A DNA stretch of 64,000 nucleotides from an uncultured delta proteobacterium (GCA_963798485.1 CAWCTR010000007.1:512001-576000), one strand, 5' to 3'. Positions 1-11,530 are shown, numbered from the stretch's first letter. Notes: generated by a model not told the origin, from the letters alone. Numbers and translations: made by a program.

Positions 1-656
1 GCCTCCCGGTCAAGGAAGATCGATCTGTTCCCTATGGCGAATATGCTTGCCAGGTCATGGGTGATGACTACCACGGTAGTCTTGAGGCTGTCACTGAGTT
101 CAAGGATCAGGTCATCCAAGAGGCGCGCATTGACAGGATCAAGCCCGGCCGACGGCTCGTCGAAAAACAAGATATCCGGGTCCAAGGCCATGGCACGCGC
201 CAGCGCGGCCCGTTTCTGCATCCCGCCGCTGAGCTCGGATGGATATAAATCCTCAAAACCCCTCAGGCCGACAAGTGAGAGTTTGAGGGATACGATCTCA
301 CTGACCTGTCCGGGGTTGAGATCGGTATATTCCTCAAGGGGCAGGGCCACGTTTTCTGCTAATGTCATGGAGCTCCACAGGGCATTCTTTTGATACAGAA
401 TCCCGACTTGTTTCAGAATCCGGTTGCGGACATGGGTCTCCGATCCCCAGAAATCAATATCATCGTAAAAGACCCGGCCTTTAACCGGCTGCTTCAACCC
501 GATTAAAAATTTCAGCAGGGTGCTCTTTCCGCAGCCGTTTCCGCCCATGATGATGAAGATATCCCCACGGGCTATGGTGAAACTCACGTTTTGAAGGACC
601 GTGTAATTCTCATAGGCGAGCGTGAGGTCATCGACCGTGATGTGGGGAGGGTTCAT
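1..656 (-). CDS. mlaF: MlaF/Mkl-type ABC transporter ATP-binding protein (3' end runs off the window)
   Basis: Manual minus-strand translation MNPPHITVDDLTLAYENYTVLQNVSFTIARGDIFIIMGGNGCGKSTLL (Walker A); GAGGAG RBS before the ATG at 656; LSGGM and DEPSAGLDP further on; directly downstream of mlaE. Confidence 0.85.
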   Translation of the reverse strand, partial: MNPPHITVDDLTLAYENYTVLQNVSFTIARGDIFIIMGGNGCGKSTLLKFLIGLKQPVKGRVFYDDIDFWGSETHVRNRILKQVGILYQKNALWSSMTLAENVALPLEEYTDLNPGQVSEIVSLKLSLVGLRGFEDLYPSELSGGMQKRAALARAMALDPDILFFDEPSAGLDPVNARLLDDLILELSDSLKTTVVVITHDLASIFAIGNRSIFLDRE

Positions 657-684
657 GTTCTCCTCTGCGTTCATCTTTTCATGC

Positions 685-1821
685 CTAGATCTTGAGGATG
701 CTCGTGATGACGGCAAAAATGCCGTCGGTTATAACGATTAATACGATGCCCACAACGACCGCCCTTGTCGCCGCATAGCCTACGGCAGAGGCGCTCCTGT
801 CAACGTGCATTCCGTGGAAACACCCTGATATGGCGATAAGGACTGCAAAGGCTACACTCTTGATTATCCCGATGGAGAATTGGGTGAATTTGACGGCAAT
901 TTGTGTCTGCTCGAAGTATTGGTTAAGGGAGATATCGTACATGCCTACACCCACGAATGCACCGCCTAGAATCCCCACGATGTCTGCATAGACACACAGG
1001 AGCGGCATCATCAAGACCAGTGCAATGATACGCGGCGCTACAAGAAATTCCATGGGTGAAATACCCAGGGTCTTCAATGCATCGATCTCCTCGTTGGTCT
1101 CCATGGTGCCGAGCTGGGTGGCAAAGGCGGCGCCTGTGCGGCCCATCATGATGATGGCCGTCATCATGGCGCCCATCTCGCGGGCCATGCCGATCCCTAC
1201 GAGATTGGCGATATAGATCTGAGCGCCGAATATCTTTAATTCGACTACGCCGACAAACCCGAGGATGAGCCCTACCAGCACACTGATAAGGGATACTATA
1301 GGTAAAGCCTGGGCCCCGCATTCATAAATGAGAAGCCCCAGATCCGAGCGGCGGTAACGGGCCTTTCCCCGGAGAAACCTGAGCAGTGCAATAAAGGCCT
1401 CGCCCAGGAACTCAAGCACGCTTAAAGAAGAGCGGATGAGTTTAAATGTGTGCTCCCCGATAGTGGTGAGAAAAGATACATCCGCCTTTATTCCCGGTAG
1501 GCCTTCTGATGCAATACTTCCTGAAGCGAGTCTTAACAGGCGCACCACACCCTGCGGCAGCCCGGCTATATCCATCGTGATCTCTGTGGAAGAACATCGG
1601 TTCGCAAGATTGACCAGGAAGGTGAGAAGGCTGCTGTCCCAGGCATCAAGATTGGAGCAATCGAAGGTGATGAGGCGTGTGCCGGGCCTCATGGCGGCCT
1701 GGTTCAAGACCTCATCCGTAGAAGGATGATCCTGTCCGATTTTCCAGGTGCCCTTCAGATGGACAAGAAGGGTCCCTTCTTCGCTTCGGCTGAAATTCAC
1801 TGTTCCCGGTGAATAGCTCAT
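685..1821 (-). CDS. mlaE: MlaE family lipid-asymmetry ABC permease with N-terminal STAS-like domain
   Basis: REMGAMMTAIIMMGRTGAAFATQLGTMETNEEIDALKTLGISPMEFLVAPR and SAVGYAATRAVV are MlaE motifs; N-terminal LDAWDSSLL STAS-like segment. Confidence 0.9.
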   Translation of the reverse strand: MSYSPGTVNFSRSEEGTLLVHLKGTWKIGQDHPSTDEVLNQAAMRPGTRLITFDCSNLDAWDSSLLTFLVNLANRCSSTEITMDIAGLPQGVVRLLRLASGSIASEGLPGIKADVSFLTTIGEHTFKLIRSSLSVLEFLGEAFIALLRFLRGKARYRRSDLGLLIYECGAQALPIVSLISVLVGLILGFVGVVELKIFGAQIYIANLVGIGMAREMGAMMTAIIMMGRTGAAFATQLGTMETNEEIDALKTLGISPMEFLVAPRIIALVLMMPLLCVYADIVGILGGAFVGVGMYDISLNQYFEQTQIAVKFTQFSIGIIKSVAFAVLIAISGCFHGMHVDRSASAVGYAATRAVVVGIVLIVITDGIFAVITSILKI

Positions 1822-1883
1822 TTTCCTCGTGTGTTCATAGGTATCGATTCACTAATAATCTGAATCCAACCATAATTCCACGT

Positions 1884-4734
1884 CTACATCTCCACCTTGA
1901 AGATGAAATTCGTGAAGCCCTCTTTCTCGTGGGTCTTGTATCCGGCCTGGATGCCGAATTCTATGGGCAGGACAGCCATCAGTATACATCTGTTCGTCAG
2001 GGTTGCACCTATCGATGTCTGTGCTATGCGGTTCCACGAATCCCAATCAAAACCTCCGTCCCAGCCCGCACCATAATCCACAAAGAGAGACCCTTTCAGA
2101 AGATCGCTATGGTAGGAATAGAGGCCGATGCCGCCATCGGTATAGAGGATCGGGAAATGGTACTCGCGCTGACATCAGGAGGTTCTTCTGTCTGTCAAGG
2201 CCCCCTTCCGGGTCGTCATCATGATAGCCCCTGGGTATGCTCAGATCCTTGTTGTAAAAGAGAAGGCCGCTCTGTGACTGATGGGTAAGGGTCAGCGCCA
2301 GACCCTGGTGTGTGAAATATGACGGAACATACTGTGTTATCGAGGCAAAACCGTTATAGCCGGGCAGCTCACCGCCGAGGGTTGACAGGCCCTTTTCATA
2401 AGAAAGGGAGACATCTTCCCCCCAGGATGACACCATGTCCCTGGGTGACGTATCCGGCGCCCTTTCAAGCTTGAACTCGCTGAAGACCCCTACGGATTGA
2501 TTATAATCATCGGAGATACGGACATTGTCATCCAGGCTGCTGAAATATCTCAGGCGAGGTCCGATGCGTAGTGATGACGTAATCGTGCTCGGCTCTATTT
2601 GATTGATCATGTTCACCCCGGCGGAAAGTTCGCCGCCCCTTTCCCGATACCAGTAGTCTTTCCCGTCTCCCACGGTATTGCCCTCTACTGACGTGTCATA
2701 GAGCCGCGCCGTCAGCGTGGGCCAGAACGATTTGTTGGTGAGGTTGATATCATAACCCGGCCTGTCGGATTTAAACCCGTACAGCAGATTAGCGGTATAG
2801 CTGTTTATCCCCACCGGGTCGGCCCCCATAAGGAGCACACCGGCCTGAGCCCCCTTCTCATCGGAGCTGAAATAGGGGATATGGACGAAGGGCTTGTACG
2901 CCTGCAAGGGGATGCCCGGAGAACCGGTAAAGGCGACGTCGGGCTGCAGCCGCTTCAGGTCGGGCTGTTCCATGCCCTGGGCCTCCAGGGTCGGAAACGG
3001 TTTGCCTGCTTGGGGATTGAAGGGCAGGGTGCAAATCTGTTTTACCCCCCTGATGGTATTGGAATATGACAGGTCCTTCCCATCCGGAGATATATGCGGG
3101 TCGCCTGCCAGGTAGGGTACCGATGTCAGTTGAAAGAGCTTTTTGTTTGCGAGGTCCCAGGCATAGATGTTCCAGATACCGCTGCGGTCCGAGGAGAAGA
3201 CGAGCCATTTCCCATCAGGCGAGAATTCCGGCTCGTTGTCTTCGCAGGTGTCGGAGGCGAACAGCAGCTCCATGGCCCCTGTCGCAGGGTTGACCAGGAC
3301 GATATCCGAGTTACGGCCGATCTTCACCACGGTAGCGATCTGAGAGCCGTCCGGGGACCAGCACGGCGCATCAAAGTACATGCCCGCCTTCGAGATCAGC
3401 GGCCTGATATTCGTCCCATCCGCATTGAGGAGCACCAGGTCGATCCACATACCGTTCCTGCGGGTGGCGACGAAGGTCTTTTTGTCCGGCGAGAGACAGG
3501 CGGAATAGATATGCGCCTGTTTTGTCAACCGCTCATGTTCTTTCGTCTTCGGGTCGAAGACCACAAGGTCGGTGGTGTCAATCTGCCCCTCGCCCAGGGG
3601 GTGATAGAATATCTCGGGCATAAGAAGGCGCCCGTCAGGCAGCCTTCGCGCCGAGAGGTTCGCCAGGATGCCTGTCTCAATTTCCGATACGGTCTTGCCC
3701 GTACCAGGGTCAACCTCCACCAGGGCGGTCTTCTTATCATAGCCTCTCCTGAGCCCGACGATCGTCCCCTGATCCGTCCAGAAGTGGGATTCAAGGCTGT
3801 CCAGGGTTTGGTCATCCGCAAGGACCACCTTGCCCTGGGGCAGGCCGGCCGAGAGGGCTTGGTCTCTGCTCGTGCGCGTAGAGGCCAGATAATCGCTTAA
3901 GAAATCCAAATAGAACTGCTGGGGGGATTTCCCGGTCACAAAGTTCAGTGCCTCAGCCGTGCCGCCCAGGGGATGCCGGGCCTGGTACCGGCTTAGGCGT
4001 GCGAAGGCGTCCTGCCCGTATGTCCGGTTCATATATTCGACCATATGGTACCCGGCCAGGTATATCCTTTCGCCTGGTGGGGCATACGGGGACGATACTG
4101 CCGCTGAGTTGAGGTCCCACAGGCCTTGCCCTTCGGTGAAGGACATCATCTCACCCTTGAAAAGTGTGGAGCGCCCGCGGCCTCCGTCGGTGAACATGGT
4201 CTCGGTATTGGTGGTAATACCTTCAAGGACCCATCCCGGTGAAAGGCCATTGGATATGGCAAGGCCGTCGCCAAGGACCTTGGTGAGCTCGCCGTACCAC
4301 CCGAGCCGTGTGGTAATATGGACATAGTGGGTATACTCATGGGTAAACACGAGGTCCATAAGGTCCGATTCAGGGCCGAAGCCCCGAACGGTATAGAGAG
4401 GTGTTTCATACAGGGATATCCTGTTGGGGAATATCCCCATGAACCCGTTGAAGATGTCCGTACCGGGGTCAAGGACTATGGGGCAGGGGCGCGGCTCAAC
4501 GCCGAAGTATCCTGTGATGTTCTTATGGACCTCCTCGCACAGTGAGAGCACGCGCTGGGCCAGCAGTTCATGGCCTTTGGGATAATAGATGATGAAGTTA
4601 TCCGTCTGAACCGTGCACCACTGCAACGCCGGGTCGTACCGCGCCGAGGCATATGGCGGTATTGCGAGGATCATAACCACGCAGACAAGGAAGATGGGTA
4701 ACTCCTTATGCACAAAACGAAGGAGGTATTTCAT
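1884..4734 (-). CDS. Exported protein: zinc-metallopeptidase-like domain + PD40/TolB-like propeller + probable C-terminal beta-barrel; one frameshift near 2165
   Basis: Signal peptide, HEYTH...WVLEG gluzincin motif, WSPDG/FSPDG/ISPDG repeats. Removing one base near 2165 continues the frame as LLMSA-EYHFPILYTDGGIGLYSYHSDLLKGSLFVDYGAGW... into ORF 1884..2081. Confidence 0.75.
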
Positions 4735-6119
4735 GGCGCGTCCTCTCTTTTATTTTCCCGTGCGATTCTCCTCTTGACATGATACACCTCCATGCCGGTT
4801 ATGCAGATGCTCAACCAGAAGAGCCCGCCTGCATAGCCTGCGAGCACATCGCTTAAATAGTGGGCCCGGAGGTATATCCGGCTGAAGCCGATCATGAACA
4901 CAATGAAGCCGGCCAGTGCCATGGAAAAGGTCTTAAGTCTCCATGAGTGCACTGCGCACACCAGCAGGTAGGCGATCATGCCATAGAATATCATGGAGGT
5001 CATGGCATGGCCGCTGGGGAAGCTCCAGCCATATGCGTCAACAAGGGTTGTCGCGCTGATGGGCCTTGGCCGGTGTATTATGGTTTTCAAAATGTTGTTC
5101 AGGAGGCTTCCCCCGACAATGGCCGCAGCAAACCCCGTAGCCTTGTCAAAATGCCTTTTCAGCAGCAGGTATGCAACAACGGCAATGGTGCATGGTGCGA
5201 TAAACCTGATGCCGCCCAGCTGTGTGATCGCCTCCATCACAGAGGTGGCCGGCGGCGATCTGAAATAAAGAACCCTGCCTACTACCCATCGGTCAACAGC
5301 CGCAAAGGGATCACCTGTGAGGATGTCTTTGGTGATGCCGCCTAATATCCACATGAAGACAGCACTTATGCCCAGGCCTATGGTGAGGTGAAGTCCCAGG
5401 TATGAGCCCGGCGAGAGCCTCCTGGCAATGAAGGACACAAACCCGGGGTGCTTCTGCTCAAACCTTCTGACTATCGAAGAAGAGGCTATTTCCCTGAACC
5501 ACTGGTAGATATCCTCCCGGTTCTTAGAGAGCTTTTCATAGAGATAAACGAACAAGGCGATAACCAGGATCATGAACAAAACGAACACCCCGGCCCTGCC
5601 TGCCCACCTTTCCACGAGCTGCCAGCTCTGCCCGAAGAAATATCCAAGGGAGGTGAAGCAGACGGACCAGATGATCCCGCCTGCTACGTTGAACAAGGCA
5701 AATCTTCCATAGGGCATGGCGGACAGGCCTGCCGTGAAAGGTGTCAAGGCGCGGAGAAGGTGGACAAACCTGGCCCAGAATACGGTCTTTCCCCCGTGCC
5801 TTGCAAAATAGCCTTCCACCTTGTGAAGGTGCTTGAGTTTGAACAGGAACAGCCTCTCATGCCTGAGGAAATATTCTCTCCCCATGGCCTTGCCCAGGGC
5901 ATACCCGGTGCTGTCGCCCAGGATCGCCCCAAGGGCAATCACTATCATGCAGTTCCCGAGCTCGAGATAACCTTGTGAAGCCAGGAACCCTGCCAGGACA
6001 ACCACGGTTTCGCCCGGTACGAGAACACCTAAGAATGCAGAGCTTTCGAGAAAAGGGGCCAGGAATATGAGTACATAGCCCCAGTTGCCCAGGGTGCTTA
6101 TGATGCTAAGAATTGTCAC
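4731..6119 (-). CDS. Bifunctional DedA family / PAP2 phosphatase membrane protein
   Basis: DedA motifs (FLESSAFLGVLVPGET, GDSTGYALG, ARFVHLLR) followed by PAP2 motifs (K..IHRPRP, SFPSGH, SRIYLRAHYLSDV). Confidence 0.9.
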   Translation of the reverse strand: MTILSIISTLGNWGYVLIFLAPFLESSAFLGVLVPGETVVVLAGFLASQGYLELGNCMIVIALGAILGDSTGYALGKAMGREYFLRHERLFLFKLKHLHKVEGYFARHGGKTVFWARFVHLLRALTPFTAGLSAMPYGRFALFNVAGGIIWSVCFTSLGYFFGQSWQLVERWAGRAGVFVLFMILVIALFVYLYEKLSKNREDIYQWFREIASSSIVRRFEQKHPGFVSFIARRLSPGSYLGLHLTIGLGISAVFMWILGGITKDILTGDPFAAVDRWVVGRVLYFRSPPATSVMEAITQLGGIRFIAPCTIAVVAYLLLKRHFDKATGFAAAIVGGSLLNNILKTIIHRPRPISATTLVDAYGWSFPSGHAMTSMIFYGMIAYLLVCAVHSWRLKTFSMALAGFIVFMIGFSRIYLRAHYLSDVLAGYAGGLFWLSICITGMEVYHVKRRIARENKREDAP

Positions 6120-6272
6120 GGAATACCTCTAGTTTTTCCATGCCTTCTCCCGGGTCCTTATATCCTGTAAATCCGAGACAAACTCACAAAGGGTGCGCAT
6201 AGATATTACAAGGGAACGAGGATTCAAGGCAAGGGCAAGCGGGATATCCATCTAACTTTGCCGCAGTGCGCA

Positions 6273-6836
6273 TCACCGGCCGCCGAGTTCCTCCTCCAGC
6301 CGCCCGATGATATCTGCGACGTAATCGCCGAATCCCCAGCCGATGCCGTCGGCCATCTGCTCCACTCTCGCCAACCGGTCGCTGAACTGTGGATACATCT
6401 CCCGCACCTCACCGCGCAACAGGGCGGCCAGTTCTTCCAGGGCCGATTCCACGCTGCCGTAGAACCGTTCGTCAATGTCCCCAAACTCGTCGGTGAATCG
6501 CGTGCCGTTCTCGACATAAGTCATCAGCAGTTCCGCCGTGCCAAGGATGTTGCCCGTGGCCCTGCGGTAATCGCGGATGGCCTTGCGCGCCTCTCCCAGC
6601 TTCAGTTTGCCATCGCCCCGTGCAGGAAAGAACTGCTCAACGATCTTGCCCCGATACTTTTCCAGGGCCTCGCCGCCGCACTCTCCGTCCTGACAGCGGG
6701 CATGGACAAAGTCGCGGTTCACCCCGGCGGTTTCGTACAGGTCTTTCACCAGGGCGAGCAGCGCGGGTTTCTCCCAGGTGGCGAGTTGCTGGCGGACCGC
6801 GCTCCATCCGCCGGGTTTTTTGGTTGTCTTTGTCAT
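6273..6836 (-). CDS. Hypothetical alpha-helical protein (187 aa)
   Basis: Intact ORF with AGGAG RBS, GC-richer than its flanks, inside a decayed R-M remnant. Confidence 0.7.
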   Translation of the reverse strand: MTKTTKKPGGWSAVRQQLATWEKPALLALVKDLYETAGVNRDFVHARCQDGECGGEALEKYRGKIVEQFFPARGDGKLKLGEARKAIRDYRRATGNILGTAELLMTYVENGTRFTDEFGDIDERFYGSVESALEELAALLRGEVREMYPQFSDRLARVEQMADGIGWGFGDYVADIIGRLEEELGGR

Positions 6837-6923
6837 GGTTTAAGTCTCCTGGGTTGGACTGGTTTCAGGCGAGGCAATGAATCGGGCGGAACGATCATGT
6901 CGTTCGGTGTAGGTTGGTTTCAT
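6833..6923 (-). pseudogene. Probable internally deleted small HTH regulator remnant
   Basis: MKPTYTER in one frame joins IVPPDSLPRLKPVQPRRLKP* in another, whose stop overlaps the next ATG (ATGA). Family assignment is from recall only. Confidence 0.35.
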
Positions 6924-6942
6924 AAAATTTTGTCGCCGGTCG

Positions 6943-7131
6943 TCATTCGATGAAGCCCTTGCCCGTCTTCTCGAAGTTCTCGCCAAGTGCTTCCAGATCG
7001 GATGACTTGATCGTTACACTGGGCTCAAGGCGGATGTTGGCGGGCGCGCCCCCTTCCGGGAAGAAGCGCCAGCCTGCCGCTTCGAGCAGCTTGTTGATCT
7101 TGATACGGGCTGAGGCTTCCTTATTTGCCAT
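6943..7131 (-). pseudogene. N-terminal fragment of a type I restriction endonuclease subunit R (HsdR-like)
   Basis: MANKEASARIKINKLLEAAGW resembles the EcoEI-type HsdR N-terminus; it stops after 62 codons at GKGFIE. Confidence 0.6.
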
Positions 7132-7335
7132 TATGGAGACTGTATCATGGGCCTTGAGTCATTTCTATATAATTGAAAAACCAGTAGTATTAACAACTTA
7201 TAATGGGCTTGACAGTCAAAGACTCCATCGGGTACGTTTTTACCCGAAACCTTGGAATTTTAAAGGCCATGACTTGCCATGAATGGTGTTCATTTAGCCG
7301 ATAGTGCGGTAGAGATAATTTAAAGGGGTACAGCC

Positions 7336-8259
7336 ATGAAAATCATTGTCTCCGGATCGCTGGCATACGACAGGATCATGGACTTTCCCGGATACTTCTC
7401 AGACCATATCCTGCCTGATAAGATACATGTCTTGAACATCTGTTTCCAGGTGAACAGCATGAAGGAGAAATTCGGCGGCACCGCGGGCAACATCGCCTAT
7501 GCGCTGACCCTGATGGGCGAGAAACCCGTCATCTCCGCCGCTATCGGCCATGATTACCAGCGGTATTTCGAAGGGCTTGCCAAAAATGGGATCTCTACCG
7601 AGGCCATCCGCATCATCGAGGACGATTTCACGGCAAGCGCCTACATAACCACCGACCGGGCAGACAACCAGATAACCGGTTTCCACCCGGGCGCCATGAA
7701 GTATACCTCTAAGCTGGATTTTGACAGGCTCGACCCCAAGGACACCATCCTCATCATCTCACCGGGCAACCTTGATGACATGGTGAACTATCCGCGCGCC
7801 TGCAAGGCAAAGGGGATCGGCTATATATTCGACCCCGGGCAAGCACTGCCCATGCTGGATGTGCAGGACCTGATCCAGGCAATAGACGGATGCAGGATAC
7901 TGATCACCAATGATTATGAGTTGGAACTGATCATGAGCAAGACCGGCTTGGACAAAAAGGCATTACTGAGCCGAGCAGGTGCCGTCATCACCACCTTGGG
8001 AGAACTGGGATCGCAGCTCTGCACACAAGAAGGCGAGGTACGTATTCCTGCAGGCAAGGCACGGCAGGTGGTTGATCCTACAGGCGCGGGAGACTCGTTT
8101 AGGGGCGGCCTTATCAGCGGCCTGGTACAGGGTAAGGATATCGAGCAGTGCGCCAGGATGGGCAGCGTTTGCGCCTCCTTTTCCGTAGAGTGCTATGGCA
8201 CGCAGGAATACTCTTTCAGCCTTGATGAATTCAACGAAAGGCTGTGTAACTGCTCCTGA
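7336..8259 (+). CDS. PfkB family carbohydrate/nucleoside kinase (adenosine kinase-like)
   Basis: SGSLAYD, FGGTAGNIAY, FDPGQ and DPTGAGDSFRGG signatures. Confidence 0.9.
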   Translation: MKIIVSGSLAYDRIMDFPGYFSDHILPDKIHVLNICFQVNSMKEKFGGTAGNIAYALTLMGEKPVISAAIGHDYQRYFEGLAKNGISTEAIRIIEDDFTASAYITTDRADNQITGFHPGAMKYTSKLDFDRLDPKDTILIISPGNLDDMVNYPRACKAKGIGYIFDPGQALPMLDVQDLIQAIDGCRILITNDYELELIMSKTGLDKKALLSRAGAVITTLGELGSQLCTQEGEVRIPAGKARQVVDPTGAGDSFRGGLISGLVQGKDIEQCARMGSVCASFSVECYGTQEYSFSLDEFNERLCNCS

Positions 8260-8330
8260 TGAGGGCCTGACAACCTCAAGACAAAATGGCTTGATATGGC
8301 TGGAGAATCCTTTTATAAAGGGCGCTAACC

Positions 8331-9983
8331 ATGGGTTTAGAATACAAGAGGGGGATCATCTACCAGGGGAGCAAGGGGAGGAACCTTAAGGAATTTATTT
8401 TGATAGCCCTCATGGTTGCCGTAGTAACCGGCATAGTGTGGGCATTCCTCGGTCAATGTCCTTCCGGGACTGCCCTGTGCCCGGTGCATGGTGCCAAGAC
8501 CGCCAACGTGCAGGCCGCCAGGCCTGTGCCGCCGCAGGTGACGTCTCCTGATGCGGTTAAAAACGCAAAAAGGATATCGCTCACCGTTGCCCAGGGGGAT
8601 ACCTTTTCCGGGGTCCTTCAGAAGAACGGCATATCAAGTCTTCAGGCCCTTGATATCATAGAGCGTGTCAAAGAGGTGTTCGACCTGTCGAAGCTGAGCG
8701 TAGGCAATGAGCTTGTCCTCATCTTCAGCAAGGATAACCAGGCATTCTTGGGTCTTGAGTATGAGATCAGCGACCTCAGCAGGCTCATAGTGGCCATCGA
8801 CGGCGATAGCATTGAGGCCAGGAAGCAGCAGATAGACCGGATCGTGAAACCCGCCCCTTATAATGCCATGAGACAGGTGGACCTGAAGGTGAGGCGCGGC
8901 GACAATATCTTCAGCCTCCTGAAGGCCTGCGGCATCAGGTACAAACAGATATACAGCCTCTTTACCTCGGTCAGACACGAGTACAATCTCGCGGATATCG
9001 CGCCGGGCCATCCCTTGAAGATATGGGTCACCGGCGACTCGACGAAAAGCCTTGAGAAGCTTACCTATGAGATCAGCCCGGTAACCTATATCGAGGTGCT
9101 CCCCAAGGAAGGCATCTTCAAGGCAAGAACCTGCACGAAGTCGCTGGATGTATCCTATGAGAGGGCGGAGGGGACAATCAAGAACTCCCTGTACGAGTCG
9201 GCCATAAAGTCGGGTCTGAGCCCGGAGATCGTCATGGACCTTGCGGACATCTTCGGGTGGGACATCAACTTCTTCACCGAGATCCAGGATGGCGACACCT
9301 TCACGGTCCTCTATGAGAAATATAATGTCCAAGACAACCTCAAGGGATACGGGAGGGTGCTTGCAGCACGCTTTGTCGTGAAAGGTGTGGAGCATCTGGC
9401 GGTCTACTATGATAACAACAAAGGCATGCACGGGTATTATGACGAACACGGCAAACCAATCCGCAAGCTATTTTTAAAGGCGCCGCTCAATTACCGCCGC
9501 ATCTCTTCTTTTTTTTCGTATCACCGTATTCACCCTGTCTTCCAGGTACAGAGACCTCACCTGGGTGTGGACTATGCAGCCCCGTCCGGCACCCCGGTGG
9601 TCGCACTGGGTGAAGGCAGGATAAGCGCCTGTGGATGGTCGGGGGGCTTCGGCAATGCCATTACCATCATCCATCCAGGCGGATATATCACCCATTACGG
9701 GCATCTCAGAGGGTTTGCAAAAGGGATTACAAAGGGTAGGCGCGTGGCACAGGGAGATGTGATCGGGTATGTGGGGATGACAGGCATTGCAACAGGACCG
9801 CATCTCGATTTCAGGGTCCAGTACCGAGGAAAGTTTACCAACCCATTGCATCTCGATCCGGTAAACGGGCCAACGCTTAAAGGTACTGTCTTGGCAAGGT
9901 TCAGGCAACAGAGCCTTAAAGAACTTACTTTGCTCGATGATCTCTCCCTGGACAAGTCGCTCAAGGCGGGTAAGTCGGGTTAA
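8331..9983 (+). CDS. M23 family peptidoglycan DD-metalloendopeptidase with N-terminal membrane anchor and LysM/OapA-like domains
   Basis: HLGVDYAAP, YGHL and TGPHLDF M23 motifs; hydrophobic N-terminal segment. Confidence 0.9.
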   Translation: MGLEYKRGIIYQGSKGRNLKEFILIALMVAVVTGIVWAFLGQCPSGTALCPVHGAKTANVQAARPVPPQVTSPDAVKNAKRISLTVAQGDTFSGVLQKNGISSLQALDIIERVKEVFDLSKLSVGNELVLIFSKDNQAFLGLEYEISDLSRLIVAIDGDSIEARKQQIDRIVKPAPYNAMRQVDLKVRRGDNIFSLLKACGIRYKQIYSLFTSVRHEYNLADIAPGHPLKIWVTGDSTKSLEKLTYEISPVTYIEVLPKEGIFKARTCTKSLDVSYERAEGTIKNSLYESAIKSGLSPEIVMDLADIFGWDINFFTEIQDGDTFTVLYEKYNVQDNLKGYGRVLAARFVVKGVEHLAVYYDNNKGMHGYYDEHGKPIRKLFLKAPLNYRRISSFFSYHRIHPVFQVQRPHLGVDYAAPSGTPVVALGEGRISACGWSGGFGNAITIIHPGGYITHYGHLRGFAKGITKGRRVAQGDVIGYVGMTGIATGPHLDFRVQYRGKFTNPLHLDPVNGPTLKGTVLARFRQQSLKELTLLDDLSLDKSLKAGKSG

Positions 9984-10013
9984 ACGTAACAGAACCCCTT
10001 TAGGAGGTGTTCT

Positions 10014-10769
10014 ATGGATGCCGCCGGGTATGCCGTCATCACCATCGCTGTCCTCGTGCTTCTCTTTCTTTTTTCCGCCATCAAGGTCCTCAATGAATAT
10101 GAGCGGGCCGTGGTGTTCAGGCTTGGCCGTGTGCTCGGAGCGCCCAAGGGCCCGGGGCTCATCATCATTATCCCGCTCGTGGACAGGTTCATTCGCATCG
10201 GGCTACGGACCATCGTCCAGGATGTCCCCCCGCAGGATGTCATCACCAGGGATAATGTAACGGTCAAGGTGAGCGCCGTCATCTACTTCCGGGTGATCAA
10301 CCCCTTGAATGCGGTCATCGATGTGGAGAACTACCTCTATGCCACCAGCCAGCTCAGCCAGACCACCCTGCGGTCCGTGTGCGGACAGGCGGAGCTCGAT
10401 GAGCTCCTCTCCAAGAGGGAAGATGTGAGCGCCCAGATACAGACCATCCTTGACCGGCATACCGAACCCTGGGGGATCAAGGTGTCTGCGGTGGAGCTGA
10501 AGAACATCGACCTGCCCGAGGAGATGCAGCGGTCCATCGCAAGGCAGGCAGAGGCCGAGAGGGAGAGAAGGGCCAAGGTCATCAATGCGGAAGGCGAGTT
10601 CCAGGCGGCCCAGAGGCTCTTGGATGCGGCCGCCCTTATGGCGAAGGAGCCTATTGCCCTGCAATTGCGCTATCTCCAGACCATACGCGAGATGTCATCG
10701 GAACAGGGATCAACGAATACGATCCTACCCATACCGATTGATTTTCTCTCAACGTGGATAAAGAAGTAA
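10014..10769 (+). CDS. SPFH/stomatin-like (slipin) protein
   Basis: [31 protein letters not shown] and LQLRYLQT. Confidence 0.93.
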   Translation: MDAAGYAVITIAVLVLLFLFSAIKVLNEYERAVVFRLGRVLGAPKGPGLIIIIPLVDRFIRIGLRTIVQDVPPQDVITRDNVTVKVSAVIYFRVINPLNAVIDVENYLYATSQLSQTTLRSVCGQAELDELLSKREDVSAQIQTILDRHTEPWGIKVSAVELKNIDLPEEMQRSIARQAEAERERRAKVINAEGEFQAAQRLLDAAALMAKEPIALQLRYLQTIREMSSEQGSTNTILPIPIDFLSTWIKK

Positions 10770-10790
10770 GGCGCCTGATCACGGCAATGC

Positions 10791-11530
10791 ATGCAGACGC
10801 TCACGAGCAGGCATAATCCCCTTTACAAGGAGTTGACCGCCCTCAAGAAAGACAAGGGCCTTATGCTGCTGGAGGGGAAGCGTCTTGTGGCCGATGCCCT
10901 CGCACGGGGCATCACGCCGAGGATGGTGGCGGTCTCCCAGGGGTTTGAAGAGGTCCACAGCCTTCCTGTGCCGCCCGATGCCGTAATGTCCGAGACGCTC
11001 TTTAAGAGTATCAGTGAGACCGAGACACCCCAGGGTGTCCTGGCCTTTTTTCAGGTCCCCTGGGCAGGCATGGAAGAGATCATGGAGCAGGAGAGGGTTG
11101 TTATCCTCGACGGTCTCCAGGACCCCGGGAATGTCGGCACTATTGTCCGGACCGCCGAGGCCTTCGGGTTTTCCGGCATGATCATCCTGGACGGCACGGC
11201 AAGCCCCTTCTCAGGTAAGGCTGTAAGGGCTTCAATGCAGGTTCGTGCCTGGGCATCCGGATAGCGCGCTGTGCTACAGGCGATCTGAGGCGGCTTCCCC
11301 ACCGAATCCTTGCGCTTAGTGCCCAGGGCCGCAAGGGTCTTTCCCCTGCACTGTTTGAGTCCAAGGTGGCCGTATGTCTTGGCCGGGAGGCCCAAGGCAT
11401 CAGCAAGGAGATCCTGGATATCTGTTATGAAACGGTCTCCATTCCCATGAAAGGCGCTACTGAGTCCTTGAACGTAGCCGTAGCTGCGGGCATTGTCATG
11501 GCATGCGCTGCAGGGGTTCTTGGTTTGTAG
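10791..11530 (+). CDS. TrmH/SpoU family RNA methyltransferase; frameshift near 11238
   Basis: LDGLQDPGNVGTIVRTAEAFG; after AVRASM the shifted frame reads GSCLG...CLGREAQGIS...IPMKGATESLNVAVAAGIVM...GL* ending at 11530. Confidence 0.85.
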
